Made by a program: the position numbers and the translations under genes. Source: an uncultured virus (IMG/VR IMGVR_UViG_2912869438_000005) (taxonomy: Duplodnaviria > Heunggongvirae > Uroviricota > Caudoviricetes). From it: DNA of 64,000 nucleotides. Below the pieces are notes generated by a model. It did not search any database and had not been told where the DNA came from. It saw only the letters and a list, made by a program, of their open reading frames with translations. Of this stretch, positions 1-11,500 are shown one piece after another (positions within the stretch are counted from its first letter, which is position 1; every line of letters begins with the position of its first letter). Location: IMG/VR virus record IMGVR_UViG_2912869438_000005, positions 1-64,000 of that record; one strand, given 5' to 3'.

Positions 1-303
1 TTACATTTGCTTAACAAAGTCTCTGAGTACCTGAAGTAAGACCTTAGCATCCTCTTTGTTTAATGTCATCAGTTCCTCAGTCGAAATTCCATCATTGATT
101 TCCATCCTTAAACTAGGATCAGTCAATATGGCTGATGAAATCTCTGTAGTGGTTTCTTCAGTATCTTCTGAATCATTCTGAGGAGGGATATCAGGGGGAA
201 AAGACGAAACGAGACTAAGCTTAATTGATTTTTCTTCTCCGGTGTTTATAAGCACTTCTGAAAAGCTTGATGGATAGGGGGAGTATGTAACAGTCGTTTT
301 CAT
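1..303 (-). CDS. hypothetical protein downstream of the holin
   Basis: 100-aa ORF with AAGGA RBS, co-oriented with the lysis genes. Confidence 0.6.
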   Translation of the reverse strand: MKTTVTYSPYPSSFSEVLINTGEEKSIKLSLVSSFPPDIPPQNDSEDTEETTTEISSAILTDPSLRMEINDGISTEELMTLNKEDAKVLLQVLRDFVKQM

Positions 304-320
304 TAAATCATTCCTTCACA

Positions 321-602
321 TTATTGTCTTGGTTCTTCATAATCCATTGCTTGGTCGCTATCAGAGATGCCTTTAGTTGTTGGATCTTTAATGATTCCTA
401 AGAAAGACAGGTAAATTAAGACTGTATCTACAATGCCAAGAGAGATTTTAAGCGAGTTGTCCAATTGAGATAAATCGATGTCCATTATACCCAAGCCAAC
501 TAACCCCGCAATAATTCCCTGTATCATAACTGCAGTTTGTGAAGCTAATGCAGTAAGAAAAAGCTTATTATTAAAACGAACCTTCCAGTTGATTTTAGTC
601 AT
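321..602 (-). CDS. phage holin (phi LC3-like)
   Basis: INWKVRF start, two hydrophobic segments, GIIKDPTTKGISDS motif. Confidence 0.9.
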   Translation of the reverse strand: MTKINWKVRFNNKLFLTALASQTAVMIQGIIAGLVGLGIMDIDLSQLDNSLKISLGIVDTVLIYLSFLGIIKDPTTKGISDSDQAMDYEEPRQ

Positions 603-620
603 AATATCAATCTCCTTTTC

Positions 621-1007
621 TTATTTAAGTCCAAAATGTATAAGCAGCCATGCACCGACTAGCGTTGCGATTACGGTAGGTATAACCTTGTACATGAGGT
701 CTTTACCAAATTGACCTGGATCAATTTTTCTATTGGAATCTGATTGTTCCAGAATGCCCACTCGATTATCGAGTTTTTCATATGACTTGCTTAGATTTTT
801 TAAGCTGTTATTCATCTCAGTTAATGTGACAAACTGTTCGCGTGATTGTTTTTGGGCATCTTTGTTTATTTCGATTTGTTGTTCCATAAGAGTTGTTAGT
901 CGACTCATGTCTTCAGTTCTTGCTTCTAAATTTGTAATTTTTTCTTGATGATTTTTCGTTTTTTCTTCTAAGACACTTAATCGTGTATTTACATCTACTT
1001 CAGCCAC
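621..1007 (-). CDS. lysis accessory protein (XhlA-like coiled coil with C-terminal TM)
   Basis: Coiled coil plus one C-terminal TM, located between endolysin and holin. Confidence 0.6.
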   Translation of the reverse strand: MAEVDVNTRLSVLEEKTKNHQEKITNLEARTEDMSRLTTLMEQQIEINKDAQKQSREQFVTLTEMNNSLKNLSKSYEKLDNRVGILEQSDSNRKIDPGQFGKDLMYKVIPTVIATLVGAWLLIHFGLK

Positions 1008-1139
1008 AAATTCAACCGTCCTTTATCAATAATAAAAGGAGGCGTACGTCATCCCACGTTGTTCACCTCCAGTAGAAATAGAGGATATCCATTGATCAAT
1101 TAAAATCAACAGATATCCTTAATGATACTTAAATATCAA

Positions 1140-2207
1140 TTAGACTCTTGTGCCAAACTGACCTGAAACATAACCGCGTCTGCCATTGTAAATAACTTCC
1201 CAATAGCCTTTAGGGTTATTTTTCCCTTTCACTGACCCGGAAATGTCAATTTTGCTGCCGAGTTTAACTGTCCCGATATTCTTTGAATTGTTGCGATCAG
1301 GTTTGTCCATAACAATTGCAGCATTTGATACTCCAACAATTTTAATTTTTCCCACAGACTTAATTGAAGAAGAACCGGAGCTTGATTTTGATGCTGTTGA
1401 TTTAGAAGGGGAGGAGGCAGTCTTCACACTTCCTGAAACTTCAACATATTTATCAGATGCAGTAATGTAATATGTTGCTCCTTTAGAGTTTTTAACTTTG
1501 TACTGATAAGCACTTCCAACCTTAACTTTTTCAACAACAGTAGGGAAACCATAGCCTTTATTCACTGTACCAACAACATCTCTGTCTTCCCAAGAAGGTT
1601 TAGAATAAAAGCGAAGACCATTAACTTTTGATTTCAGGGAGCCACTTGCAGCAGTAGAGGAAGCTGTAGAATTTGAAACAGTTTTGTTTCCGAGCAGTCC
1701 ATCAACTTTTTTGCGAAATGCTGCCAGCTTGCTTGAGTCACTTACCCAAGGGGCAGGACAGCTTTTGTTTGTTACATCATAATGACGGACGATTTTATCT
1801 GTAGACAATTTGAATCTTTTACAAAGATCAGCAACCAATTCAGCAGCATTCTGCACAGTTTCATCATGAATGGTGCCGTTTTTCTCCACACACATTTCAA
1901 CGGAAATCGATGTTTGGTTCGCATTTGGTTTTAGGAAGCTCACAAAGCAGCGGTTTTGATCGTGTGCATGATAAGCCATTTCATTTTCAGGAATAATATA
2001 TTGCGCTTCATTTCTATCTACAAAGTAATGAGCAGAAGCATAACGTTTATCAGCAATACATGTACCATTGAAATAATTGCGCTCATTTAACGCAGTAGCT
2101 CCTGGAGTTGCAGTCCAGTGCATTACAATTCCTTTAACGCCAGAAAGCTTTAGACCTGGACGAGTGTATTGATTGACTTTCACAAAATTTTTTACGACTT
2201 TAACCAA
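1140..2207 (-). CDS. blyA: N-acetylmuramoyl-L-alanine amidase endolysin (Amidase_2 plus SH3-like cell-wall-binding domains)
   Basis: IVMHWTA, SAHYFVD, AYHA, SVEMC, RHYDVT.K.CP motifs; Ser-rich linkers. Confidence 0.9.
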   Translation of the reverse strand: MVKVVKNFVKVNQYTRPGLKLSGVKGIVMHWTATPGATALNERNYFNGTCIADKRYASAHYFVDRNEAQYIIPENEMAYHAHDQNRCFVSFLKPNANQTSISVEMCVEKNGTIHDETVQNAAELVADLCKRFKLSTDKIVRHYDVTNKSCPAPWVSDSSKLAAFRKKVDGLLGNKTVSNSTASSTAASGSLKSKVNGLRFYSKPSWEDRDVVGTVNKGYGFPTVVEKVKVGSAYQYKVKNSKGATYYITASDKYVEVSGSVKTASSPSKSTASKSSSGSSSIKSVGKIKIVGVSNAAIVMDKPDRNNSKNIGTVKLGSKIDISGSVKGKNNPKGYWEVIYNGRRGYVSGQFGTRV

Positions 2208-2362
2208 ATTAAATCACTCCTGTTTGTTTTTGAGCATTAAAAAAGAGACTGGCTGTTTACCAATCTCTCTCGTTCTCACATATGCTCTTGTTTTCTCTGT
2301 TTTGCTAATGTTTAATTTGAATGAAATCTAAATTTTATTCAGAAGTTAACCACCTCCTAAAG

Positions 2363-4266
2363 TTAGGATTCACTCTTAGTAGTTATTTTACGAATGTAAT
2401 CATCTTTGTTCGTCCCGTAGTAGCCATTGAAATTGGACTCACCCAGAACAATGATACGGCCAGTTCCTTTGGTGTTGGCCACATTTACCTCGGTAGCTTC
2501 AGCTTCAACTAAAATAGCGAATTCTTTTTCAACACCTCTAATTCGATTTCCTTCTATTCTTCCATCGTAGCCATTCTCAACATAAATTCCTCCACGGCCT
2601 CTTTCACTACTTTGTTCTTTATTATTATTTAATACATTATTATCTCTAACATCAAAATGGTCACATTTTTGAACAAATACACCGTTTCGACCAGTGGTGT
2701 TGATCTCATTCCTATCAATTGATACATGATAGGACTTTGTAACAGTGGAGGAGGTGTCTCTACTCTTAGCGAGGTATACTGCTTCTGTATCTACATTTGA
2801 TACGCCATTGCCAGAAATAAAAATGTTGAAACAACCTTCAACCCACATTCCTCTTCGTCCACCGTAAATTTTATTATTGCTAACGAAAACATTTCTGGCA
2901 AAGACTAGCTTTATTGCCTGTTCATCATTGTATTTACCAACCTCTTTTCCTTTTAATTTGAAATAGTTGCCCGATATGCGGATTTCATCGTTCCAAGCTA
3001 TTTCTTTATTATAAATTTGACCAAACGCAACAACTCCACTGGATGTATAATCGTAGAAATCATTTCCTTCAATTAACACGTTTTGTCCATTTTGCGGTCG
3101 ATTCATCTGTACACCATCTGCATCTTTAGAGCTTTCAATTCCGCCAGCAGCTTGTGAAATACGCACACACTCTTTATTACGCATGAACACATTATTTGTA
3201 ATTTTAACGTTGTTCCATTTAAAAGTTCGAACTCCAGCAAACCCACAGTCCTCAATAACATTATTAAAAATGGTGATATTACTTTGAAAAATATCATAAA
3301 CAGCATAATGATTCCCTATAGCACATCCCCAACCGCCTAACAAATCGGATTTTCCAAAATAATTATGCGCAATATAAACATTTGTGTTAGGTGTGCCATC
3401 GAATTCACCAAATTGATTAAGTCCTATTTCAATGAATTCTCCAAGCTGAATAGCCTCTGAATAATTTCTCTGTCCAGTAAGATCAATAAAACCAGTAAAT
3501 TTGCTATTTGTAATTCGAAGATTATCACATCCATTAGCATCAATCGCATGGGCGCTTATCGTATCTTTAAATGTTACATTGTCTATTGAAATATTTTTGG
3601 CATGTCCAAGGATTATTGAATCCATAGCGCTCGTAGGGTACTTATCAATGTTTGCATAGTTCCCATCTAAAATACCGCCTTCAATGATTATGTTTCCTCT
3701 TCCTGAATAACCTTTGAATTTATCAGTCGGCGTTCCGTTAGAAAAAAAACCTCCTGCCCATCCTCTGAGCAGAATACAATTTTGAGCCATAGTCACCCGA
3801 GTATTTTCATAGACAAACATTCTTTTTTTAATTAAATATTTGCCACCAGGAATAAAAAGTTGTCCTCCACCTTCTTTATGAATTTCATCCAGCGCTTTTT
3901 GAATAGCCTCGGCTGAAGGTTTTACCCCGGTAGGATCAGCTCCATAACTAAGAGCATTTTTAAAATAAATTTTTTATTTAGGGAGCTGGAGCTTTCATTA
4001 ATTATTTCCTCCAGATTAGTTATTTTATTATCAACGCCTTTATCCAATTGATCCACTTTCTCATTGATTTTGAGAAAGTCAGAGTCAATTCTTTCTTTAG
4101 CTGATGAGTAAACGTGATTATCATTGTCAATCTTTATATCATCTAAAGATTTAATATCATCAGCAGTATATCTATTGTTTTCAGATTTTAATCCTACGGC
4201 GTCTATTGGAATCCATTTCTGTGAATCTTCATCATAGTAGCCCATTGTGTTTACAGGGATTGACAT
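2363..4266 (-). pseudogene. yomE: beta-helix (pectin-lyase-like) tailspike/depolymerase, split by a 1-nt frameshift
   Basis: ORFs 3922-4266 and 2363-3820 join (KIYFKNALSYGADPTG..AIQKALD..LFIPGGKY) if the 6-nt run at 3970-3975 had 7 nt. Confidence 0.8.
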
Positions 4267-4281
4267 AACATTCCTCCTTTT

Positions 4282-5079
4282 TTACTCTTTCCTAATCCAG
4301 ATCAAATCAGTTTCAGGAGCATCTATTGATGGTTTAACCCTTTTTTTACTTGGTGGTGTATTTGTTCTTAGCCAAACAGTCCTAATGTTATAAGGCTCAA
4401 CATAGCTTGATACAATGTTGTAGCCGTCAAATTTATCAGAGATGCTAATGTTGACCCAATCAAAACCGTCCCAGCGATACTCGATTCCTGTTTCTCTGAT
4501 AGTGACTGTCCAGCCAATTTGAGGATTTGGATAGGTATCTAAAAGATCTTTGTATGTGTAAACCATTGGGAGGTATATTTTTCTTGTGTTTTCAACCACG
4601 TTTTCATAATCTGATGTTGCAGATCTTGTCCACTTAGTAATCTCTTTGGATTTTTCTGTAGCTTTTTCCGATTCCTCAGTAGCTTTACGAGCTCTTTCGG
4701 TTAGTGAATCTAATGTCTCAGTTACTTCATTTCCGTCACGTTTTGTCCAAATACGAGAACCAGGGAAATAATAAGCACCTTCACCGCTGTATTTGAATTG
4801 AAGAGATTTTCCTTCATTTGACGCATTAAAAAAGACAACTCCATTAAGATAATCAACCTTAAAGTAGTCGTCTTGTAATTCACCATCTTCAATTTCTTTC
4901 CATAGCTTGCCGTCACCAGAGACTTCAATTCTCATTTCTCTGTTTGGGACTTCTGTTAATTGAGCCTTACCGTTATAAATCACCTGTGTTTCATTGTAAA
5001 GCTGGTAAGGATCATCAATCGATCCTTTTCTCTTCTTGGATAGAATAGGGTCGTTATAAAGTTTTGGAGTATCTTCCAA
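4282..5079 (-). CDS. yomF: tail/baseplate protein
   Basis: Synteny and recalled similarity to SPbeta YomF. Confidence 0.7.
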   Translation of the reverse strand: MEDTPKLYNDPILSKKRKGSIDDPYQLYNETQVIYNGKAQLTEVPNREMRIEVSGDGKLWKEIEDGELQDDYFKVDYLNGVVFFNASNEGKSLQFKYSGEGAYYFPGSRIWTKRDGNEVTETLDSLTERARKATEESEKATEKSKEITKWTRSATSDYENVVENTRKIYLPMVYTYKDLLDTYPNPQIGWTVTIRETGIEYRWDGFDWVNISISDKFDGYNIVSSYVEPYNIRTVWLRTNTPPSKKRVKPSIDAPETDLIWIRKE

Positions 5080-5094
5080 AGGATCACCTCCACA

Positions 5095-7734
5095 TTAATT
5101 TTGTTTAAATGCTTCCCAAATATATTTAACATTTAGTTTGTTTCCGCGAGTCTTGCTGTCTGAGCCCGTAATAAAATAATTCAAATCCAAAGAGCCGTAT
5201 GTTTTATCTCCTCCTTCAAGATATGTCCCTGCTTCTCCATTCTGTATTGAGTAGCCTCCTAAACTACTTTGTATCATTAGCGTTGAATCAGTGGGGGAAG
5301 TGGAATAAATCTTTACCATAGTAGGAATGAAGTTAAGGCTGATTGATCTACTTGGTTTTCCATCACCAATATATTCTCCGGATACGTATTGAGGGGGAGA
5401 GGGGAGATCAGACTTTAGGACATATTCAGAAGCATTATAGCCGCCCAATTGAGTTGCACTTCCCGTAATTGAAGCATCAATTGTTCCTGTTTCATCTCGA
5501 ACAGCTATCGTGTTAGGAGAGGATGCTATCTCAGCACTATATCCATTTAACGAATCTGCAGAAGATACAGTTTGTTCAATCCACTTTTCACCATCGTAAA
5601 GTTCTTGTTTATTAGTTTTAGGATTGATCCAAACAGTGTTGACATCTGGATTTTCTGGTCTTTCTTCAGAAACAGCTTGGATTAGTCCATTTACTCGCCC
5701 ATTGACTACTGCAATAGCAGAAGGGAGGTAGGGGTTTTCTGTTATGTGTTTTGACTGAACAATGTCAGAGAGAATGATTCCAGTTCTCTCAATATCTGCA
5801 TCAACTCTGCGGTAGGCTCTAACACCCACAGTGTAGTATTTATTCGAGGCAAGTCCCGTAAATTTATAGGAGCGCTTGTCATACTTCACATTAACCATTT
5901 CTTCGTGGCTCATCTTAGAACCAAACACATATTCATCAGGTGATTCACTGGAGTAGAGATAAACTTCAAACCCATCAATGTTGTATCTATCCTCATCAGA
6001 ATCTGGGTATTCCCATTTTAAAATAATATCTACTGAACCATTATCATTCAGCTCATGAGTAATTGCGGTTCCGTCTGATGCGACGGTAGGAGCTGCAACT
6101 GGGGTAGAAATTCGATCATTCCGGATTTTAAAATTCTCAGCGGTATTCATCCAGTCAATTTTTCTAATTGCATAGTCGTTGTTTATATGACTGACTGTAT
6201 AAACGAGTTTGACCATCTTTTCTTTAACAGTTTCAACTCGTTTTGAATTTGACACAGTCAAATTAATCTTATTAGCCTCAAAGTCAAAGGTCATTTCAAT
6301 TACTTTTGTTTTAACATCAATACCAAGGCGATCATGTTGTACTCTAACAATATCTCCGATAGATAGCCTGTCCCAATTCTGATGTTCACTTATGATTCCA
6401 AAGAAATTAACAATGCTCATTGTAATATTGACAGGAGGGGTGTTGCGCTTTTTCATTTCCTCAAGTCCGGCTTCATAAAGGTCAGTTTCATCATAAAGAT
6501 TGTCATTAGCCCATTCTTGCTCATTTATAAATTCCGCCAATTCTTCTTTGAGCTCATCATTAAGATGACTTTCAAGCGTCAATTTTCCCTTTAAAAGGGT
6601 TATTTTATCTTGAATGTCCTTAATCAGTTTTTCTTTTTCTTCAATTTCCTTCTTTTTCGATTCAATTTCAATTTCTTTAGCTTTTCGCTCTTTTATAAGC
6701 TCGGCAGTTGGATCTTTCGCTTCTGTTGCTACTGCAATTTTATCTAAAATAATCTTGTATTCTAAATCAAGCTTTGCCTTTTCTGCGTTAAGTGTTGAGA
6801 GTTTCTTTTCTTCCTCGGTTTGTCGAGAGAGAAGGGAAGAGAATGTTTCAGTTTGAGAATCGATGAACTCATTAAAATCGAGGATTGCATGACATAATTC
6901 ATCGCTCATTTCGTAACTGTGAGTTATCACCTTGCGATCTTTATCTCGCTCAAATGGATAAAGAAAATATGTGAAATCTTCTATGTAAGCTTGTCCAGTT
7001 GGATTAGCAGCGTTTATTGAGAGATCATCTTTCCCAGTTACATAAAGCCTGGTACAGACTTCTTCAAGTTCTTCAGTATCTTCTATTGAATCCAAATACT
7101 GACCGTATTTTAATCTCATCCCTTTGTAATTTGATACTTCATCTTCAGTATAGAAATGAACCTTTTTTTCTATGGTGTCAAATACAGGGACAGCTTCGAA
7201 TGTCTCGCATATTTTAAAGAGAAAGTCTAACTTTGTAGAAGAGGTGATATCAAAACTGCGGAATTTTTCATTGAATAGAGGATTTATGTATCCGGCTTTC
7301 CAGTTTGTGTTTGCAAAACAGTCATTTGTAACCTGTTGCATATTATAGGAGGTGACTTCATATCTTCTAACTTTTCGATAGCTCAATTGATGTCCAAGTG
7401 ACATGCACGTAAATGTAATTAAATCATTGTCTGCACCAGTTTTTTGCTTTGTTTTAATAATGAACCATTCATCTTTGAAGTTGTAGGCAGAAAGCTTGAC
7501 GAGCCTTCGTAATTTCAGGCGCTTGAGATGAGGATTCTTAACCCATTGTTTGTCTATTTCAATTTTTAAAGGTACTGCAAAAGACAACTCATTGATTTCT
7601 CCTAGTCTTAATGTCAAATTAACATTTGAGATATCGACAAGATTTGCGATTTTCTTTTTATTAGCTTTAGCAAGTGAAAGTTTCGGCTTTCTTAAATTAA
7701 ATGATCGCGTTACTTGTTGAAGCAGTAAAAGCAC
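5095..7734 (-). CDS. yomG: tail-associated (Tal/hub-like) protein with coiled coil and Fn3 domain
   Basis: Prophage tail domain (TRLYVTGKD), Fn3-like segment; probable start is CTG at 7725. Confidence 0.8.
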   Translation of the reverse strand: MLLLLQQVTRSFNLRKPKLSLAKANKKKIANLVDISNVNLTLRLGEINELSFAVPLKIEIDKQWVKNPHLKRLKLRRLVKLSAYNFKDEWFIIKTKQKTGADNDLITFTCMSLGHQLSYRKVRRYEVTSYNMQQVTNDCFANTNWKAGYINPLFNEKFRSFDITSSTKLDFLFKICETFEAVPVFDTIEKKVHFYTEDEVSNYKGMRLKYGQYLDSIEDTEELEEVCTRLYVTGKDDLSINAANPTGQAYIEDFTYFLYPFERDKDRKVITHSYEMSDELCHAILDFNEFIDSQTETFSSLLSRQTEEEKKLSTLNAEKAKLDLEYKIILDKIAVATEAKDPTAELIKERKAKEIEIESKKKEIEEKEKLIKDIQDKITLLKGKLTLESHLNDELKEELAEFINEQEWANDNLYDETDLYEAGLEEMKKRNTPPVNITMSIVNFFGIISEHQNWDRLSIGDIVRVQHDRLGIDVKTKVIEMTFDFEANKINLTVSNSKRVETVKEKMVKLVYTVSHINNDYAIRKIDWMNTAENFKIRNDRISTPVAAPTVASDGTAITHELNDNGSVDIILKWEYPDSDEDRYNIDGFEVYLYSSESPDEYVFGSKMSHEEMVNVKYDKRSYKFTGLASNKYYTVGVRAYRRVDADIERTGIILSDIVQSKHITENPYLPSAIAVVNGRVNGLIQAVSEERPENPDVNTVWINPKTNKQELYDGEKWIEQTVSSADSLNGYSAEIASSPNTIAVRDETGTIDASITGSATQLGGYNASEYVLKSDLPSPPQYVSGEYIGDGKPSRSISLNFIPTMVKIYSTSPTDSTLMIQSSLGGYSIQNGEAGTYLEGGDKTYGSLDLNYFITGSDSKTRGNKLNVKYIWEAFKQN

Positions 7735-7737
7735 CTC

Positions 7738-8498
7738 CTAACGATATTTAAATCTATAATTGAAAAGAATTCTACATCTTCCTGAAACTCTAATGCGGTT
7801 CATCCCATAGCCGAGTGGAAGGTATTCATCATTAAAATTATCGTAACGTTCGTCTCCGTATATTGATGATTCTACAATTTCTTTTTCTCCAGTAACTGTT
7901 ATGATTTCGCCATCTTCAAGATCGGTGAATTCAGAAGGGGAGGAGAAGTAACTTAAATTTTCAATTTTAACATCACCCTTACCGATCTTTTGAATTTTAA
8001 ACGATGGAATGATAGTACATTCACCTTTATTGTTAATCTCAACTGTTATGTCTTCCTTTGAAGCGTCGTGCCACGGAGTAGTTATAGACCTACTGTAGGC
8101 ATAAGGGGAATCACATCTCATAGTTAGCCTTACATAGCCTTCTTTGCTTGCATTGTGAACTAAATCATTTGCATCTACAGGCATTGCATAATAGACAATG
8201 TCAAGGTTGTCACTGAAAGAAAAAGGCTGGTATGTATCAACATCCAGCCATCGTTTAATTTTAGTGATTCTTTTTTGATTCCAGTGATCCTTTATATAAA
8301 ATTAAGATTGAATTGCTTTGGGTCACGTTTTTTCCCTTCATAGAAGGGGGTATCATTGCCCTTGATGGAGGTTTCGTTAATTGATGAGGTAGCTAGAAAT
8401 GTTTCCTCAACTAACCCTCCATCAGTATTGACGTTTTCAACACCCATATCTGTGGATTTTTCGTTCCCGAAAATGAAGTACAGGCTCTCTCGTATCAT
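7738..8498 (-). pseudogene. yomH: distal tail (Dit-like) protein, split by a 1-nt frameshift
   Basis: ORFs 8292-8498 and 7738-8184 join (NFYIKDHWNQKRI..YYAMP) if the 4-nt run at 8298-8301 had 5 nt; lies directly after the tape measure gene. Confidence 0.75.
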
Positions 8499-8553
8499 TG
8501 ATGATATATCACCATCCTTTCAGAAAACAGAAAGAGCCGACATCTTGCCGACT

Positions 8554-11500
8554 CTATATTTTAACCCCTCTAGCTGATACAATATTAAATGCTTCTCCTA
8601 AGAATTTGTTTGCATCATCTTTAGATCCAGTCATCTTATCTACATTAAAGTTAAAGTTAAATGTTTGATTACTTGTCGTTTGATTAGATGCAGCACTAGG
8701 GGAAGGGAGTGTAGCTTTTGTTTGAATATCTCCAAAAATGTTTCGGGTTAGCTCAACAATTTTCAGGACATTGCTTGTATCAGCTTTATTTAAAACAAGT
8801 TCTTGTTCATGGAGCATTGCAAGCCTTCCTGAACTACCCCAATTTCCTGTATAGCCACCCACATCAAAAGAGGCAACTTTTTTACCTGTGGTGTTTCCAG
8901 AGACCACAACATTTAAAGCTTTGGAGGCTTCTTTAAGCTTATCAATTAGATTGTTGGAGATACTCTTACCAATAGACTCCATATTGCTGTTAATGAACTT
9001 TGAAAACTCATTGAGCTGTTTGGCGATATCGGTAATCTTCCCATCCATCAACTTATCCTCAAGCTTTTTGAATGCTCTTTCGTCGTTGACAAGATCATCA
9101 TACTTGGTGTTTATTGATTTCTCATCTTTTTCAAGTTGATCCTGTAATGCTTCTTTACGTTTAGAATTCTCACGATCCTTTAAAAATTCATCAAGATCTT
9201 GTTGTTGTTCTTGGAGTTGCTTATCTAAATCTTTTAGTTTTGCTTTTGCCTCATCTGAATCATCGAGAGACAGTTTGCTTATCTTGTCTTTTGTTTCTTG
9301 AATGGCATCCTGTTTTTCTTTAAGGGATTTCTGGAACTTGGCTTCGTCGTCTTCTTTATCAATTTCATCGATTATATCTTGAGTTGCTTTTCGATGTGCT
9401 TCCAGCTCAATATCACGCATCTTTTCGTACATTTCTTTATAAATTGAAACGACTTCATCTGCGAGTGATTTATAGATATCTTTAATGGACTTCTTGGTGT
9501 TATAAAGCTCCAGGTTGTATTCCTTCTGTTTATCCTTCCAGTTTTCAATTTCCTCTGTGATTTGTTTCTGGATGTCAGGGAAACCTTTAGCTGCCTTTTT
9601 CTGTGCTTCAAGTTGCTTAATGTACTTTTTTGCTTCAGCTTGTTGCTGTTGAATCAATTTTATTTGCTGACTGTAGTACTTGACTTTTTGATTGTCATCC
9701 TCAGTCATTTGAATCTTGATATCAACATCTTTAAGCTTGGATTCAGTTTTCTTAACAGATTTCTCAATATTATTGAGTGTCTGGTCAACCTGTGACTGAA
9801 TTAGTTCCCCTTGTAGCTCTCTAACTTGGTCTTGCAAGGAGATGAGATCTAATTTAGCCTGTTTCAGCTCTTCTCTTAGTTGATCGCGTTGAGCATAGTT
9901 AAGTTTTTTATTTGTTTTTAACTCTTTGTTGATCCAGTTAATTTTTTGTTGTTGAATTTTGCGTTGCTCGTCAACAGCTTTCTTCTGCTCATTTGTATAT
10001 TTGCGAAATTCCTTGCTGTCAGAAAGGTAACGTTTGGCTAAAGACTCATTTTTAGCAATTTTGACTTCTAGATCAGATTTCCGTTTATCAAATTCATCAA
10101 GCTTGGATTGAACCAATTCGTATTGCAGGTCTTGAATTTGATCATTAACTGCATCTAAATCACCTTGCAAACCGATTAAATCCGATTTTGCCTGTGAAAG
10201 GGCTTGTTGTCTTTCAGCTTCAGACTGAGAAAGATCTGAGGTTAAACCCTGCATATACTTTTCTGGGTCAATTGGTTTGCCATTTTGCTCAATTTGTAGG
10301 TGGAGGTGGTTTCCTGTTGAGTGTCCAGTGCTTCCTACTTTACCTATTGTTTGGCCAGCAGATACAACATCACCTTTCTTAACTTTAAGGCCGTTTTGCA
10401 TGTGCATATATTTTGCAACTGTTCCATCATCCTGTTGAATGACAACCCAGTTACCTGCTGTTTTTGAATAGGTAGCGGTTATGACTTTACCAGCTTTCAA
10501 TGCTTTTACAGGGGTTCCAGCTTTAGCGGCTAAGTCTAATCCTTTGTGAGGGGTGGAGCGGAGACCTCTTTCTTGCGCTCCAAACTTTGAACTTACTCTA
10601 AATCCATTGCTGCTCGTGTAATAATTTGCGATCTTGGAGGTCGCTGTAGACAAGCTCTTATTGTAGTTAGAAAGAATTATTTTTACGTAATTTTGCGTTT
10701 CTTTAAAAGGAGGAATACCACCATATTTTATTACGTTACCTGGCCCCGCGTTGTAAGCAGCTAAAGCTTTCTCGATGTTCCCTCCAAACTTGTTTAACAT
10801 TTGAGCAATATATTTGGTACCGCCCATAATGTTTTGGTAGGGATCATATGCATTTTTTACACCTAGACTTTTTGCAGTACCAGGCATGAGTTGCATCAAA
10901 CCCATTGCTCCAGCGCCAGAACGAGCTTTGGCATTGAAGTTTGATTCTTGTTTAATAATCGCAGCGATTAGTGCAGGGTCAACACCATATTTGCTTGCTG
11001 CAGCATTAATATAAGAAGAGTATTTTCCGGAATATGATCCTCCAGAAGAATATGAGCCTGATGAAGAACCAGAAGAGGAAGAGGAGGTAACAAGTCCAGT
11101 TTGAGGAATATAACCAGATTTGATTTGCTGTTTCAGCAGTTTAATCTGATCTTGCATTAGCTTTTTCTTACGCTCTAATGCCTTGATTTCCTTATTGATT
11201 GCGTCTCTGTATTTTTGTGACCATTTAGGATAATCATTGGTTTGCTTGTTGTATTTCTCAATTTCTGCATTTACTTTTTCAAGGGCTTCTTTATATTTAT
11301 CAATGACGTATTTGGATTTCTCAGTTTCTTTGCTGGCTTTCTCTTGTTCATCAGAATATTTCTCAAGGGACGTACCAACTTCATTTAAAGATGAGTTGGC
11401 CAATTCAGCCATTTTATCCAGATCTTCTAACTGTCCAGTGACGTCGCTCAACTCGTTTATTTCTTTAATGACTGGCATTGCCATCTGGATATTGCCACTT

